A stretch of DNA of 64,000 nt, taken from positions 1 to 64,000 of the IMG/VR virus record IMGVR_UViG_3300032893_000025. One strand, 5' to 3'. The stretch is from a virus. Below are positions 45,385 through 56,147 of this stretch, in pieces (the stretch's first letter is position 1; each line of letters opens with the position of its first letter). Under the pieces are notes generated by a model that made no database searches, was not told the origin of the DNA, and saw only the letters and a program-made list of their open reading frames with translations. A program made the position numbers and the translations under genes.

Positions 45385-48222
45385 TTAGAGTTGATATAAT
45401 TCTAGTTGTGTAATAGTAGCAGTTCCTGTTCCATCTCCATCTGTATATCTGATATAAATATTAGTTACACTAGCACCCGCAGTAAACTCTACTGTTCCTG
45501 GAGAATCTAAAATATAAGTTCTATTTGAACCATCTGTATAAGAAACAGCTATCCTAACATCAATTCCAGAATTTTCTATCCAATTACCTATTAATCTATA
45601 ACTTACTCCAGGAGTCAAAATAGTTTTCCTTGTTCCACCACTTGTTGATGATATACTTATATCATGTATACCTGTTGGTGTACAATTTACTTCTGTCCAT
45701 GTAGCATCTGTTAAATCATACCCAGATAATAAATTTGATCCTAAAGAAACACTTGAGTCTCTTACTTCACCTCTATATATTCCAATAACAGCATTACCTG
45801 GAGAACTTCCACTTGATGCTCTTGGAGTAACTTCTGGTGCAATATAATGAAGACTATCTGCTGCTACTAATAAATAACTACTGGCAGTTGCTCCATTAAT
45901 TACTATACTTCCTGATCCATTTATATCATTCGCTCTCATCCATCTAAAAGAAGTTCCACTTTGTGGATCATTTTCTGTATCTGAATATGTATAACTTGCT
46001 GTTAACGTTTGCCCAACTTTTAATGTTCCAGTAGATGTAACATTCGATGCAATTGGAACATTATTTGACCCTGCTCTACTTCTAATCCATACTTTACCTC
46101 TATATGGAAGAATTGTATCTACAGTTACTATATCTCCCATTACATTATAATAAGAATAACCAGGTGTCTTTATATTAGATAAATATACAGGATTACTTGA
46201 CCAATTGTAATACCAATGATACATACTATCTATTGTAGATAATCCTGTTTCTGAATAATCTATTTCATCAGTATATTCATTATCACTTGCCCATGTAGTT
46301 GCTCTCCAAGTAGATATATTATTGTAATCATCATAAGTATCTAAATGAATAAAATAAGTAGATTCATAGTTATCATTTGGTAAAAGATAATGGTTTCTAT
46401 CAAATATTGTCCCATCCAAAGTAGAACTTAATGAATACATTGGAAATATAGAAGTTGTTCCTCCAAGATATGGAGAAATCCATATATTATCTTGTACCTT
46501 AAAATTTCTTCCTCTACCAGATATATAAAAAGCAATTCTATTAGTATTTAATGCAATATTATTTTTAACTGTAATGGTATCATTAAGATGTAAAAATAAT
46601 CCTGCTCTACCTCCAAGAATTAAATTATTTTCTATATATGTATTTTCTGTGTAATTATCTCCATATATCCCATAGATTGCTTGATATGTATCTGATGGTC
46701 TATTCTTACCATTACCATTTGTATAAACATTACGCATGTCTACAAAATTATTTCTTATAAAATTCTTATTCCAGGTATCTCCATGCCAATAAAAATCTGA
46801 ATTTGTAACATGATATATTCCTCCATAATCACTTAATAACCAAGTTGCATCAGACACATAGTTACTATCAACATAAGTAGCATTACTTCTAGTAAATACT
46901 ATTCCTGCTGATCCAGTCTTATCTATTCTATTCCTATAAATAAATGTAGAATCACACCCCTCATCAAATGTTGTAAACTCACTAACAACAGCTATTCCCC
47001 TACCTGTTGCGGACATAGAATATTGTCCAGGATGTGTATTTATATTGTTGATATAATTATCATGGAATCTCATTACATTAGAACGTCCTGTTCTAATACC
47101 TTCACTCAAACAGTAAGATATATTAGAATGACTTACCTCTGAATAACTTGACCCTGCTGTAAAATAAACTCCACTTAAACAGTAGGATATATTGGAATTT
47201 TTAACTATGATGTTAGAAGAAGCATTTACATCTATCCCATTTGCATTAGATAGTTTTATATCTAGTCCATCAAAAGTTAAATAACTACTACCATTACTTA
47301 CAGATATTATGTTTTGGGTGTTGGGAATTTCTACAATTGAATCATTTAAAGTTGTAGTAGAATAAATATATATTATATGATTTGTTCTATCATAACTCCA
47401 TTCTCCTTGGTGATCTAAACAGTTTCTATGATTACATATTAAATAATAATGATTTGCTGTATTAGGATAGAACCCATTTGCTAAATTTGGACTCAATAAA
47501 AATACTCCAGTTGCCCCAATATAATCTGATACATGAGTTCGGTTGGAAGTCCAATCTTCACATCTTACCCAAACATCTGCCCCATTCCAATAATCATCTG
47601 CTTGTAATCTAGTATTATCTGCTATAGAATCATAAGGAGCAGTATAAGATATTGTAGATGTATACCACAATGAATCATTATCTGGTTCTCTACCTACTAT
47701 TTTATTTTTACTATTTATTTGTAAAAACCATAAATCTGAGTATGTTGGAGCAGAATGAGAATAAATATTATTACCTTCATTTGTCCAACTTCCTGTAATT
47801 GTATAACTATTTTTAATAATAGGTTTGTTTCCACTTCCATAAGAACCTATTACTATTGGATTAGATATAGTTCCATGAATATTAGAAAAAGATAAATACC
47901 CATTAAATGTATCATTTTTTTTAAAAGCTATAGTATCTCCTGCTATAAAAGTACCTTTTGCAATTTCTGTGTTAACCTTATCTACAGTCTGCCAAGCAGT
48001 TGCAGGAGTCTTACCATTAGCATTATCATTTCCAGTAGCTGATATATAATAATCTGCATGAGAATACCCAGTTTGTGATTCTCGATTATAAGTAAGATTT
48101 AAACTCTTCTTAACTCCTTTATGATAATAATATTGACGTACTCCTTTTAATTGAGGAATAGTCTGAGCTTGTACTAATAATACTACAAATAAAGTTATTA
48201 TAGATAACAAATATTTCTTCAT
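45385..48222 (-). CDS. right-handed parallel beta-helix (pectate lyase-like) protein with signal peptide and Ig-like C-terminal domain
   Basis: Signal MKKYLLSIITLFVVLLVQA; YYISATGNDNANGKTPATAWQT; GSYGSGNKP; GEWSYD; DYGGIY; LKVGQTLTASYTYSD. Confidence 0.75.
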   Translation of the reverse strand: MKKYLLSIITLFVVLLVQAQTIPQLKGVRQYYYHKGVKKSLNLTYNRESQTGYSHADYYISATGNDNANGKTPATAWQTVDKVNTEIAKGTFIAGDTIAFKKNDTFNGYLSFSNIHGTISNPIVIGSYGSGNKPIIKNSYTITGSWTNEGNNIYSHSAPTYSDLWFLQINSKNKIVGREPDNDSLWYTSTISYTAPYDSIADNTRLQADDYWNGADVWVRCEDWTSNRTHVSDYIGATGVFLLSPNLANGFYPNTANHYYLICNHRNCLDHQGEWSYDRTNHIIYIYSTTTLNDSIVEIPNTQNIISVSNGSSYLTFDGLDIKLSNANGIDVNASSNIIVKNSNISYCLSGVYFTAGSSYSEVSHSNISYCLSEGIRTGRSNVMRFHDNYINNINTHPGQYSMSATGRGIAVVSEFTTFDEGCDSTFIYRNRIDKTGSAGIVFTRSNATYVDSNYVSDATWLLSDYGGIYHVTNSDFYWHGDTWNKNFIRNNFVDMRNVYTNGNGKNRPSDTYQAIYGIYGDNYTENTYIENNLILGGRAGLFLHLNDTITVKNNIALNTNRIAFYISGRGRNFKVQDNIWISPYLGGTTSIFPMYSLSSTLDGTIFDRNHYLLPNDNYESTYFIHLDTYDDYNNISTWRATTWASDNEYTDEIDYSETGLSTIDSMYHWYYNWSSNPVYLSNIKTPGYSYYNVMGDIVTVDTILPYRGKVWIRSRAGSNNVPIASNVTSTGTLKVGQTLTASYTYSDTENDPQSGTSFRWMRANDINGSGSIVINGATASSYLLVAADSLHYIAPEVTPRASSGSSPGNAVIGIYRGEVRDSSVSLGSNLLSGYDLTDATWTEVNCTPTGIHDISISSTSGGTRKTILTPGVSYRLIGNWIENSGIDVRIAVSYTDGSNRTYILDSPGTVEFTAGASVTNIYIRYTDGDGTGTATITQLELYQL

Positions 48223-48223
48223 A

Positions 48224-48793
48224 TTATTTTTCCCTTCTAATATCTACTATTATCAAAGTAACTAATAATACAAAGAATACTATTAGATCTACCTCTAATT
48301 TATTCACTTTACTCTCTAACCTAGCTATATATCTTTTATTAATTTCAGATGATGCCATTAAAGATTGTAATTGATAGGAAGGTCTTAAACCCGATAAGTT
48401 ATAAGTATATTTAACTCCAGTTGTATCTTTGTAATACCATCTAATTTCTCCATTCACTGTATCAACTAAATATTTAGCAGCACTGCTAGGAATATCTGTA
48501 GATAGTCCAAATGTAGCTGTGGATAAACTATCTGCAATTACTGCACCAAATGTATTAAGTCCCAACCACTGTAAATGATTTTTTCTAAGTTTCATTAATC
48601 TAAGAGTATCAGTTATAGTAACTGGTTTATCAAAAGAAAATTTTACTTGGTTTGTATGAAATTTTACTGTATCTACGTCAATAAACATTTTAAATGTATC
48701 TGTCCCAATAATCATTCTAAATGGGACTTTCGTAATTTGTGAAAAACAAACTGTTGATATAAATAATCCTAATAATATTAAAAGTTTTTTCAT
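48224..48793 (-). CDS. signal-peptide protein with C-terminal coiled coil and TM helix
   Basis: MKKLLILLGLFISTVCFSQ; ARLESKVNKLE followed by LIVFFVLLVTLIIV. Confidence 0.6.
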   Translation of the reverse strand: MKKLLILLGLFISTVCFSQITKVPFRMIIGTDTFKMFIDVDTVKFHTNQVKFSFDKPVTITDTLRLMKLRKNHLQWLGLNTFGAVIADSLSTATFGLSTDIPSSAAKYLVDTVNGEIRWYYKDTTGVKYTYNLSGLRPSYQLQSLMASSEINKRYIARLESKVNKLEVDLIVFFVLLVTLIIVDIRREK

Positions 48794-48796
48794 TTA

Positions 48797-51700
48797 TTAT
48801 GATATTGGTATTTCAAATAATGTTGTATAAGTTCCACTTACTCTAAATTGAAAATAAAAACCATTAGCATCTGCATAAGTTCTCCAATCCCCATCTGTAT
48901 CACTCCCCATAGTTTGTCTATGATAATGATATTGTCCTCTTAGTGTTTCTTCTGATCCTGATGCAAATAAACTATATATTGAAGAACTATTATTTTGTAC
49001 AGATAATAATTTAGATCCTGCTGTAGATAAGGTGGTTGTTGTATTAAATAAATTGGCTATAGCATTTGCTCCATCTACAACCACTGGATTTATTGCTGAA
49101 ACAATATTTCCTGATCTTTTTATAGACAAAAATCCAGATGTCAATAATCCATAATCTCCAGATTTAGAACCACTATATACTCCAGATAAAAATACTCCAT
49201 AACCATCTTTATCAAAAGATACTTTTTCACTTCCTTGATTTCTCCAAGATGATAATAATGCTCCTGTTGTAGTTAAATTATTATGTGTATCTAATATACA
49301 TGCAACAGCACTTGCTCCATTCGCAACTCTCGGATTAAAACTAATTCTTTCTGTTGTTCCGGCACTATAAGAAAATGCTTTACCAGATATAGTTCCAGAT
49401 GTAGTTGGATTATCTAAAATATTGATTAAATTTCCAGTAGCATCGCCTGTTCCTGATAATAATCTCTCAACTAATAAAACATCATTTCCATTATTATTTG
49501 AACCTAAAGAACCAGATTGTTTTATATCTGCCCCTATTCCACGTATAGTAGATAAATTTAATCCTGTACCCGTTGATGTACTTGTTACAGATAAACATGT
49601 TCCTGTAGTTGTATTTACTGTAATACCTGTACCTTGAACATTTACCCCAGTACTATATAAATATCCATTTAAATTTAATCTATTTGTTCCATCTGGATCA
49701 GTAGTTCCGGTATAAAAATTAATTCCCGATTGCTTAGATGCATAAGGAGTATATTTATTAGTATTCCAATCTAATATATCATCTGTAGGTAATGCAGCAG
49801 TTATATCTGAAGTTAAAGCTAAAGTTCCTGTAGCTGTAGGTAACGTTAAAGTAGGTGTTCCTGCTATAGATGGAACAACTATTATAGCTGTACCAGATGT
49901 TGCTCCTGCTAATGATAATGATCCTGATGATGTTCCTGCTGTCCCTATAGTTAAAGTAGCAGATGGAGTTAAATTATTTAATCCTAATTTCCCATTAATA
50001 GTTAATATCTGAGTTGAAGTAGTAGTATCCATTACTCCATAGAGCAAAGCTTTACTTCTTTGATCTGATTCATTTGCCCTAAGAATACTATCTATAATTA
50101 ATTTTCTATTTCCTGTTTCATAATAACCTGCCGCAAATCCTATAAATATAGAGTTATCTACTGTTGTTCCATTATATCCTGTTATATTACCAAGAAATAC
50201 ATTACTAGCACCATCATGTAAACTTTTACCAGAATAATTTCCTAATAATAAATTATCATCTCCACCTACATTAGCTTCTCCAGCCTTATATCCTATCATT
50301 ACATTATCTAATGTATTGATAGTATTATATCCAGCATTTTTACCTATAAAAAGACATTGAGTGTTATCTCCAGAAAATCCAGCTTGATCCCCTAATATTG
50401 TATTATTTGATCCTAATGAAATATTAGTACCAGCCATATTACCAACAATGGTATTACCTGTAAAATCTGTATCTGAGTTTATAGTAGTGGCTTCTCCTAA
50501 TAATAAATTCTCTATACCAGTATTAAATCTTAAAGATGAAGATATTCCTCCAACTGTTAAATTTGTTACAGCAAATAAATTAGTAACATGTAAATCTCCA
50601 TCATAGTTTAATCTAATTGTTGCATCTGGGTTAGATGTCCCTAAATAAAATTTACCATCACTTGCAACTCCACCAGCTTCAGTCTTACTACTATAAGGTC
50701 TGTAGTAAAAATTAGGAGTTCCATCCCATTTAAATACATTATCTGTAGGAGTTACTCCTGACCCTGAATTTGGAACCCATGATCTAACTCCACCAGTTGT
50801 AGATGATAATATATAACCACTTACACTAGGATTCCCTAATCCTGATTCTTTAGAATTCCATGAAGATACGTCTCCCGCATCAATACCTGTAACAGTAGAA
50901 TATGCACTAAAATCTGATTTTTTAGCATTAATAGTTCCATCTATAAATGCTGAGAAGGATAAAGGACTTCCTGAATTTATAACAGTATCTTGTATGTATA
51001 GAATTCCTAAATCTGAAAATATCTTTTGATTTCCATTTTCAAAATTAACTATTCCATAAGTAGTAGTAATCTCTCCATTTATATTTAATACTTTTCCAAG
51101 TGTGTCCCCATCTATTAAAGGAAATGTAGAATATGCCGTATCTATAATAATTCTACTGGAATTTGTAGTATCTACCCCTACCCCTATTAAAAGATTATTA
51201 TCTTTATATCTTATATAATTGCTATCAAAATCATCTGCTACTATATGCCCGGTTATATCTAACTCAGCAGTAGGATTAGTATGATTACTAATATAGTTGG
51301 AATAATATATACCACCTGTTGTGGTAGTCCAATGATTTGTAGCTCCAGCTATCAATGCAGCTAGAGTAGATGTATTAGATAAAGAATCTGTAAATACTAA
51401 ATTCCCAGCAGTTTCTATTATTGTGGATCCAGTACCTATATTTAGAGTATTAGATATAGTTAAGTTTACGGATGTTAAAATATTTAAAGTTGGGTCATAA
51501 GTTAAATCTGCATCTGATCCTAAAGAAGAACCTCCAGTTGTATATACTAAAGATCCTGTTCCAGAAGGTATTACAAATTGTTTATATGTTCCATCATTAG
51601 ATAGGAAATATGTACCATCTCCAGAGTTTAGTATAGAATCTAATAAAGTTTTATTAGTATGAGTATGAGTATTGGTGTAGGCAGTATTCCAATTAGTTAT

Positions 51701-52453
51701 ATTAGTACTCGTTATTGTATAAGCAGCACTAATTTGAAATATAGGATCTGTTTCTGATAATAGATACCCAGCATCAGCATGATTCCCCCACCCATAAGCA
51801 GTATTCCAATGATTATAATCATCTAACACTATTGCACTTGCTACAGAAGAATTAAATACTGGATCAACTTCTGCAATTAAATACCCAACTAAACTATGAT
51901 CTCCCCAACTAAAAGCAGTATTCCAATTAGTAATATCTGATGATAATATAGTATTTAAGGCTGTTAAATCAGTATGAGTATGTGAATTTCCTATAGTAGT
52001 ACCTATAGAAGCATTTGTATATGAATATGTATCTAATAATGCCTGATTAGCAAAAGTATGTATATCACTGGTTAATGCTAAAGTTCCTGCTGCATTTGGG
52101 ATAGTAATATTTCTTGTAGCTGTTAAACTAGTTGATAGATTAGCATAAAAACTGCCACTTCTTACTCTAACTGTATCTATATAAGCATCGGCAGTTCTTA
52201 AGGATGTAGTATTAGTTTCTCCCGAGACTCTCAGTCTCTCACTACCTACAAATGAAGTAGTACCTAAAGAAACCTTATCAGTTATTGTTGTAGGATAAAT
52301 TTGTCCTGATACTATTCTTGTCCAAATACTATCAGTTATGGTAGAAGAACTTCCACCTTCTTGAGTTATACTAACAGGATTAGGTAAGTTTCCTACATTT
52401 ACTAATCCTTCCTTAAGTAAATACGGATCTATAGGGCCACCTACTGTTATCAT
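48797..52453 (-). CDS. tail fibre protein (trimeric, repeat-rich)
   Basis: WNTA repeats, YadA-head-like N..IG..AG repeats, two GTLALTSDI segments; rich in Thr, Gly and Ser. Confidence 0.75.
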   Translation of the reverse strand: MITVGGPIDPYLLKEGLVNVGNLPNPVSITQEGGSSSTITDSIWTRIVSGQIYPTTITDKVSLGTTSFVGSERLRVSGETNTTSLRTADAYIDTVRVRSGSFYANLSTSLTATRNITIPNAAGTLALTSDIHTFANQALLDTYSYTNASIGTTIGNSHTHTDLTALNTILSSDITNWNTAFSWGDHSLVGYLIAEVDPVFNSSVASAIVLDDYNHWNTAYGWGNHADAGYLLSETDPIFQISAAYTITSTNITNWNTAYTNTHTHTNKTLLDSILNSGDGTYFLSNDGTYKQFVIPSGTGSLVYTTGGSSLGSDADLTYDPTLNILTSVNLTISNTLNIGTGSTIIETAGNLVFTDSLSNTSTLAALIAGATNHWTTTTGGIYYSNYISNHTNPTAELDITGHIVADDFDSNYIRYKDNNLLIGVGVDTTNSSRIIIDTAYSTFPLIDGDTLGKVLNINGEITTTYGIVNFENGNQKIFSDLGILYIQDTVINSGSPLSFSAFIDGTINAKKSDFSAYSTVTGIDAGDVSSWNSKESGLGNPSVSGYILSSTTGGVRSWVPNSGSGVTPTDNVFKWDGTPNFYYRPYSSKTEAGGVASDGKFYLGTSNPDATIRLNYDGDLHVTNLFAVTNLTVGGISSSLRFNTGIENLLLGEATTINSDTDFTGNTIVGNMAGTNISLGSNNTILGDQAGFSGDNTQCLFIGKNAGYNTINTLDNVMIGYKAGEANVGGDDNLLLGNYSGKSLHDGASNVFLGNITGYNGTTVDNSIFIGFAAGYYETGNRKLIIDSILRANESDQRSKALLYGVMDTTTSTQILTINGKLGLNNLTPSATLTIGTAGTSSGSLSLAGATSGTAIIVVPSIAGTPTLTLPTATGTLALTSDITAALPTDDILDWNTNKYTPYASKQSGINFYTGTTDPDGTNRLNLNGYLYSTGVNVQGTGITVNTTTGTCLSVTSTSTGTGLNLSTIRGIGADIKQSGSLGSNNNGNDVLLVERLLSGTGDATGNLINILDNPTTSGTISGKAFSYSAGTTERISFNPRVANGASAVACILDTHNNLTTTGALLSSWRNQGSEKVSFDKDGYGVFLSGVYSGSKSGDYGLLTSGFLSIKRSGNIVSAINPVVVDGANAIANLFNTTTTLSTAGSKLLSVQNNSSSIYSLFASGSEETLRGQYHYHRQTMGSDTDGDWRTYADANGFYFQFRVSGTYTTLFEIPIS
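51640..51960 (-). repeat. 39-aa (117-nt) tandem repeats in the tail fibre
   Basis: GCAGTATTCCA (WNTA on the - strand) recurs at 51681, 51798 and 51915. Confidence 0.8.
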
Positions 52454-52454
52454 A

Positions 52455-52637
52455 TTATTCGTTTATTATTATAATGCCTGTACTTATTAAATCTATATTT
52501 CCATCATTACTAAAAGTAGTTCCTACTTCTGTTACATCTCCTTGAATACTTATTGTATTTATACTATACTGACTTTGAGATATATTTTCAAGTATAACGG
52601 GATCTTCTAATTTATTACCATTTAATACAGTTATCAT
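52455..52637 (-). CDS. hypothetical protein
   Basis: 60-aa ORF filling the gap in the operon. Confidence 0.5.
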   Translation of the reverse strand: MITVLNGNKLEDPVILENISQSQYSINTISIQGDVTEVGTTFSNDGNIDLISTGIIIINE

Positions 52638-53188
52638 ATTATGGTATTATCGTAAAAATTCTGCAATTTAAAGTTTTCTATAACTCCAAGAATGTTATCT
52701 ACTCTTGTTAATTGCCCTACTGTAGCGGCGGACTGAACTCCAAATAATAAAACATCAAAAACTATATATTTTTCAACATCTTTATTATATTTGAAATCAT
52801 TATTAGCTATATCTATAGGAAGATTATAAATTATCTGATACTTATAATACTTAGTGTTATAATCCAATAATACATTTGAATTGACTGGATCACTCGCAGG
52901 TGATGTAGTATAAGTAATTATTATATTATAAACATCATCTGCAAATGGTTGAGTTGCCCCAAATCCACAATCAGATGATGGTATTGTCCATGTTAAATCT
53001 GTATAGGCAGCAGGTTGGGATATAGCATCATCAACTACTGTATATACTGTTACTTCCCCTCTTCTTTGTATAGTAATCTTAGAGTGAGTTACTCCTGTAT
53101 TAGAAGAATCCGCCCATTGTGTATAGTCTGTAACTACTAAGTTAAGACCATCATCACTCTGATTAAGTTGTACTTTAATTGTTGCCAT
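52634..53188 (-). CDS. putative tail hub / fibre-attachment protein
   Basis: Beta-rich N-terminus with FADDVYNIII and helical C-terminus; position after the auxiliary capsid gene. Confidence 0.45.
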   Translation of the reverse strand: MATIKVQLNQSDDGLNLVVTDYTQWADSSNTGVTHSKITIQRRGEVTVYTVVDDAISQPAAYTDLTWTIPSSDCGFGATQPFADDVYNIIITYTTSPASDPVNSNVLLDYNTKYYKYQIIYNLPIDIANNDFKYNKDVEKYIVFDVLLFGVQSAATVGQLTRVDNILGVIENFKLQNFYDNTII

Positions 53189-53672
53189 AGTTTATATTTT
53201 TCCCAGCATCTACTAATCTTGTACTATCAGATTTTATAGTAAAATCTATATAATTTAATGTGTTAATTTGATGTAATATATCTTCTATTACCTTTTGATT
53301 ATTTTTAAAATCTTTAAATAAAAGTAGTTCATTCTCTAAGTGAGATGTATAACTAACTTTAAAGTTTTTCATTTGATAGGTTAAATTCTTTGTATCTTTA
53401 GAAATATTAGAAACAGAATCATCTAACTTATTTAATCTGTTAAAAAATGTTTCAGCCAATTTATCTACCTTATCTATAATTATAGAATCACTAGATGTAG
53501 ATTTCTTAGCTAAACTTTCCGCTATTTTTGCTCTAGTTACTATATTAGAAATAAATAAAGTTGCTGGAATAATAATTGCACATACACCAATAACTCCTCC
53601 TATTTTGCTCCAAGCCTTAGGAGTAAATATCTTTTTAAAAAAAGAAAAATCTGGATTAAAATTAATTAACAT
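53175..53672 (-). CDS. membrane-anchored coiled-coil protein
   Basis: One N-terminal TM followed by a heptad pattern. Confidence 0.55.
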   Translation of the reverse strand: MLINFNPDFSFFKKIFTPKAWSKIGGVIGVCAIIIPATLFISNIVTRAKIAESLAKKSTSSDSIIIDKVDKLAETFFNRLNKLDDSVSNISKDTKNLTYQMKNFKVSYTSHLENELLLFKDFKNNQKVIEDILHQINTLNYIDFTIKSDSTRLVDAGKNINYGNN

Positions 53673-53679
53673 AACACTG

Positions 53680-53711
53680 TAAATTTACTAAACTATATAA
53701 TTAAAACCAAA
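53680..53711 (-). promoter_or_regulatory. putative host-type promoter (variant -7 element)
   Basis: On the - strand TTTG (53711-53708), 20-nt spacer, TAAATTTA; directly after a terminator. Confidence 0.45.
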
Positions 53712-53754
53712 TTTAATTTCTATGAATATTTATCAGTATTACTCATAGATAATA

Positions 53755-53784
53755 TAAAAGAAAGGGGATAGGAGACCTACCCCC
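53755..53784 (-). terminator. intrinsic terminator after the auxiliary capsid gene
   Basis: On the - strand GGGGGTAGG-tct-CCTATCCCC followed by TTTCTTTT. Confidence 0.8.
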
Positions 53785-53805
53785 AATCTTGGTATTATTT
53801 CAGGA

Positions 53806-55440
53806 TTAAGAAACCCCAAATACAGTTTGCATTACAGTATTATCATTTGTTGTAAGCAGAACGTCTATTGCAATATTTATAGTTATAAAACTATCACTTG
53901 CACCAACTAAAGGAGCAGTTGTTCTTTTTGCTCTTAAAGTTGTTAAAGCATATTGTTTACTTGAACTTGCTTCCTTGATATAGTTAGCAGGTGGATAAGC
54001 TTGGTGAGCAAAAGTCCTATTTTGGAACTGACTTAAGATTTCCATTTCAGCTACCTGTTTCCAAGTACCAGTACCAGCTTTAGCAGATTGTCCATCACCA
54101 TAAGTTAATGTACTGTCAAAACCTAAATCATAAGTATAACCAGTACCAGTGTAAGGGTTAATATATGTGCTATTAGTTAATTTAGGTTTAACATAGAATT
54201 TAACTAACTCATGTCTACCAGTAATAGCATCAAAACTAACTGGAAGAGCTGAAAGTTTTAAACCCCAAATACCAGCAGTTGTAAAGGTTGTTACACCAGT
54301 ATTAGTTGCTTCAGTTGTACCTTCATACAAATAACCAGTTTCACCTTGGAACGGTTCATCTAAAGTAAATGTAGCAGCACTAGTTGTAGCAGTATCTACT
54401 AAATATTTAGTAGCTACAGATTCACCAGTTGCAATAGTTACAGCAACGTTTGTCCATGTTGAATCATCAGCAGATGTTAAAACTAAAGGTGGTAAATAAT
54501 ACTTTTCTGGATTATATGTAATAGTTACAGTAGTAGTACCGGATGCAACAGCTTGAGTACCAGCATTAATAGCAGCTACAATAGCAGCACCATTAGCAGC
54601 AGCATCACCAGCATCAGCAACTAAATATAAAGTTTCTCCAATATAAATAGCTGTATGACCAGCACCAGAACCTAAAGCAGACGTACTAAATGTGAAACTT
54701 CTACCATTAGAAGTAGGAACATTAATAGCTGTTAAAGTTGTTGAAGCAGCTACAGTAGCTGTAGAAGCAGTAAAAGTACCTGTACCATCAGCAGTTACTG
54801 TATAAACAGAAACTGTAGTAGATCCTTTTGTATATTTATATACAGTTGAACTTCCTGTAAAAGCAGCAGTGGATGTTCCACCTGAACCTGTTGCAATACG
54901 TTCTGTTCTAATTATAGCTTCAGGAACTCTACTATCAAGATTTCTCTTAGCAGATTCAAATAAACCTTTAGCTACAGTTGCTTGTGTATCACTTGAGGTA
55001 GCCTGATAAGCCATACTCTTAATATAAGGAGAAGTATATGTGTCTCCTAAACCACGTAAGAATTCAAGATCAAATACATAAGCTTTACCAGCAGTAATTG
55101 TACCTAATCCACCAATTGTACCAGCAGCATTAGCACCTAAATAAGATACTTGTGTTACATCTTGTACAGCAGTTTGATATTCTTTGCTTACTAATTGTTC
55201 ACCCCTAAATGTAGGAGAAAACATCAGTGTTCCATCAGCTCTTCTTTGAACAATACGGATATTGCTAGTTAAATTATAACTACCTGATCCTACTGCATCA
55301 ACAACTGATTCAGTTATAATAGTACCTTCTTCATCAATTACAGCTACTGCTCCCGCAGGAAGAGTTGCAATAGTGGTATTGGTACTTCTTGTTACGTTGC
55401 CTATAAATTGATATAGACTTGCATCATTAAATGTTGCCAT
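53806..55440 (-). CDS. probable auxiliary capsid / abundant structural protein
   Basis: Thr/Ala-rich 544 aa; GTGTWKQVAEME motif; follows the ring genes; has its own terminator. Confidence 0.55.
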   Translation of the reverse strand: MATFNDASLYQFIGNVTRSTNTTIATLPAGAVAVIDEEGTIITESVVDAVGSGSYNLTSNIRIVQRRADGTLMFSPTFRGEQLVSKEYQTAVQDVTQVSYLGANAAGTIGGLGTITAGKAYVFDLEFLRGLGDTYTSPYIKSMAYQATSSDTQATVAKGLFESAKRNLDSRVPEAIIRTERIATGSGGTSTAAFTGSSTVYKYTKGSTTVSVYTVTADGTGTFTASTATVAASTTLTAINVPTSNGRSFTFSTSALGSGAGHTAIYIGETLYLVADAGDAAANGAAIVAAINAGTQAVASGTTTVTITYNPEKYYLPPLVLTSADDSTWTNVAVTIATGESVATKYLVDTATTSAATFTLDEPFQGETGYLYEGTTEATNTGVTTFTTAGIWGLKLSALPVSFDAITGRHELVKFYVKPKLTNSTYINPYTGTGYTYDLGFDSTLTYGDGQSAKAGTGTWKQVAEMEILSQFQNRTFAHQAYPPANYIKEASSSKQYALTTLRAKRTTAPLVGASDSFITINIAIDVLLTTNDNTVMQTVFGVS

Positions 55441-55470
55441 TTTTAAAATATATTTAGTTAAACAATAGGG

Positions 55471-56145
55471 TTATTCCCCTTCTTTTATTAATTCACTTTG
55501 TTGTATACTTGAGTTAAGTTTATATGCTTTTTCTGTTAATAATACAGCAGTATCTATTACTTCATCATGTAAACTTAAATCTAATTCAGATGTGTTATTT
55601 GTAGCCAAACTAATTGCTGTAGGGTATTTTACATAATATAAATAATAATATACTATAGAATACCCTGGTGGAATTATTAATTCATGTGCTTCAGCAGGTA
55701 ATGCTGTTTCTCCTACACCATAATTCATTCTCCATACCATATCCTTATAAGGATTTTTAAATGGGTTTTTTTCATTTAAATTATAATGCGGGTCAGTTAC
55801 AAATTTTACCCTTACCCTTCTAGGAGTAGTTCCATCTGTAATTGTAATTTCTTCTACATCTACATATTTAAGATCTACTGGTAATTCAAAATAAGTACCA
55901 TAATCTCTATTAGTATTTGTATTGTATCCTTCTGTAGCATCATATCTTTTGGCTTTCAACAATTTTGTTAAAAATGTCTTGGCTTTAGGATCTTTTTCAA
56001 TTAGTTCAAAATATTTCTTCGTTACTAATTCCTGTGCTTGGTTTAAGAACAATTCTACTTCATTAGACGGAATATGTATTCCAGCTAATTTAGTGTGGTT
56101 CTTAATCCTATTTTCATAGTTATATTGCATTTCTATAGCAGTCAT
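55471..56145 (-). CDS. tail ring protein (paralog)
   Basis: LFLNQAQ...NPFKNP...YVKYP...ELDLSLHDEVIDTAV. Confidence 0.7.
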   Translation of the reverse strand: MTAIEMQYNYENRIKNHTKLAGIHIPSNEVELFLNQAQELVTKKYFELIEKDPKAKTFLTKLLKAKRYDATEGYNTNTNRDYGTYFELPVDLKYVDVEEITITDGTTPRRVRVKFVTDPHYNLNEKNPFKNPYKDMVWRMNYGVGETALPAEAHELIIPPGYSIVYYYLYYVKYPTAISLATNNTSELDLSLHDEVIDTAVLLTEKAYKLNSSIQQSELIKEGE

Positions 56146-56147
56146 AA

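Noticed and set aside
45385-52453. Diversity-generating retroelement acting on the fibre genes
   Set aside because: No reverse transcriptase gene and no adenine-mismatched TR/VR pair was seen in this window.
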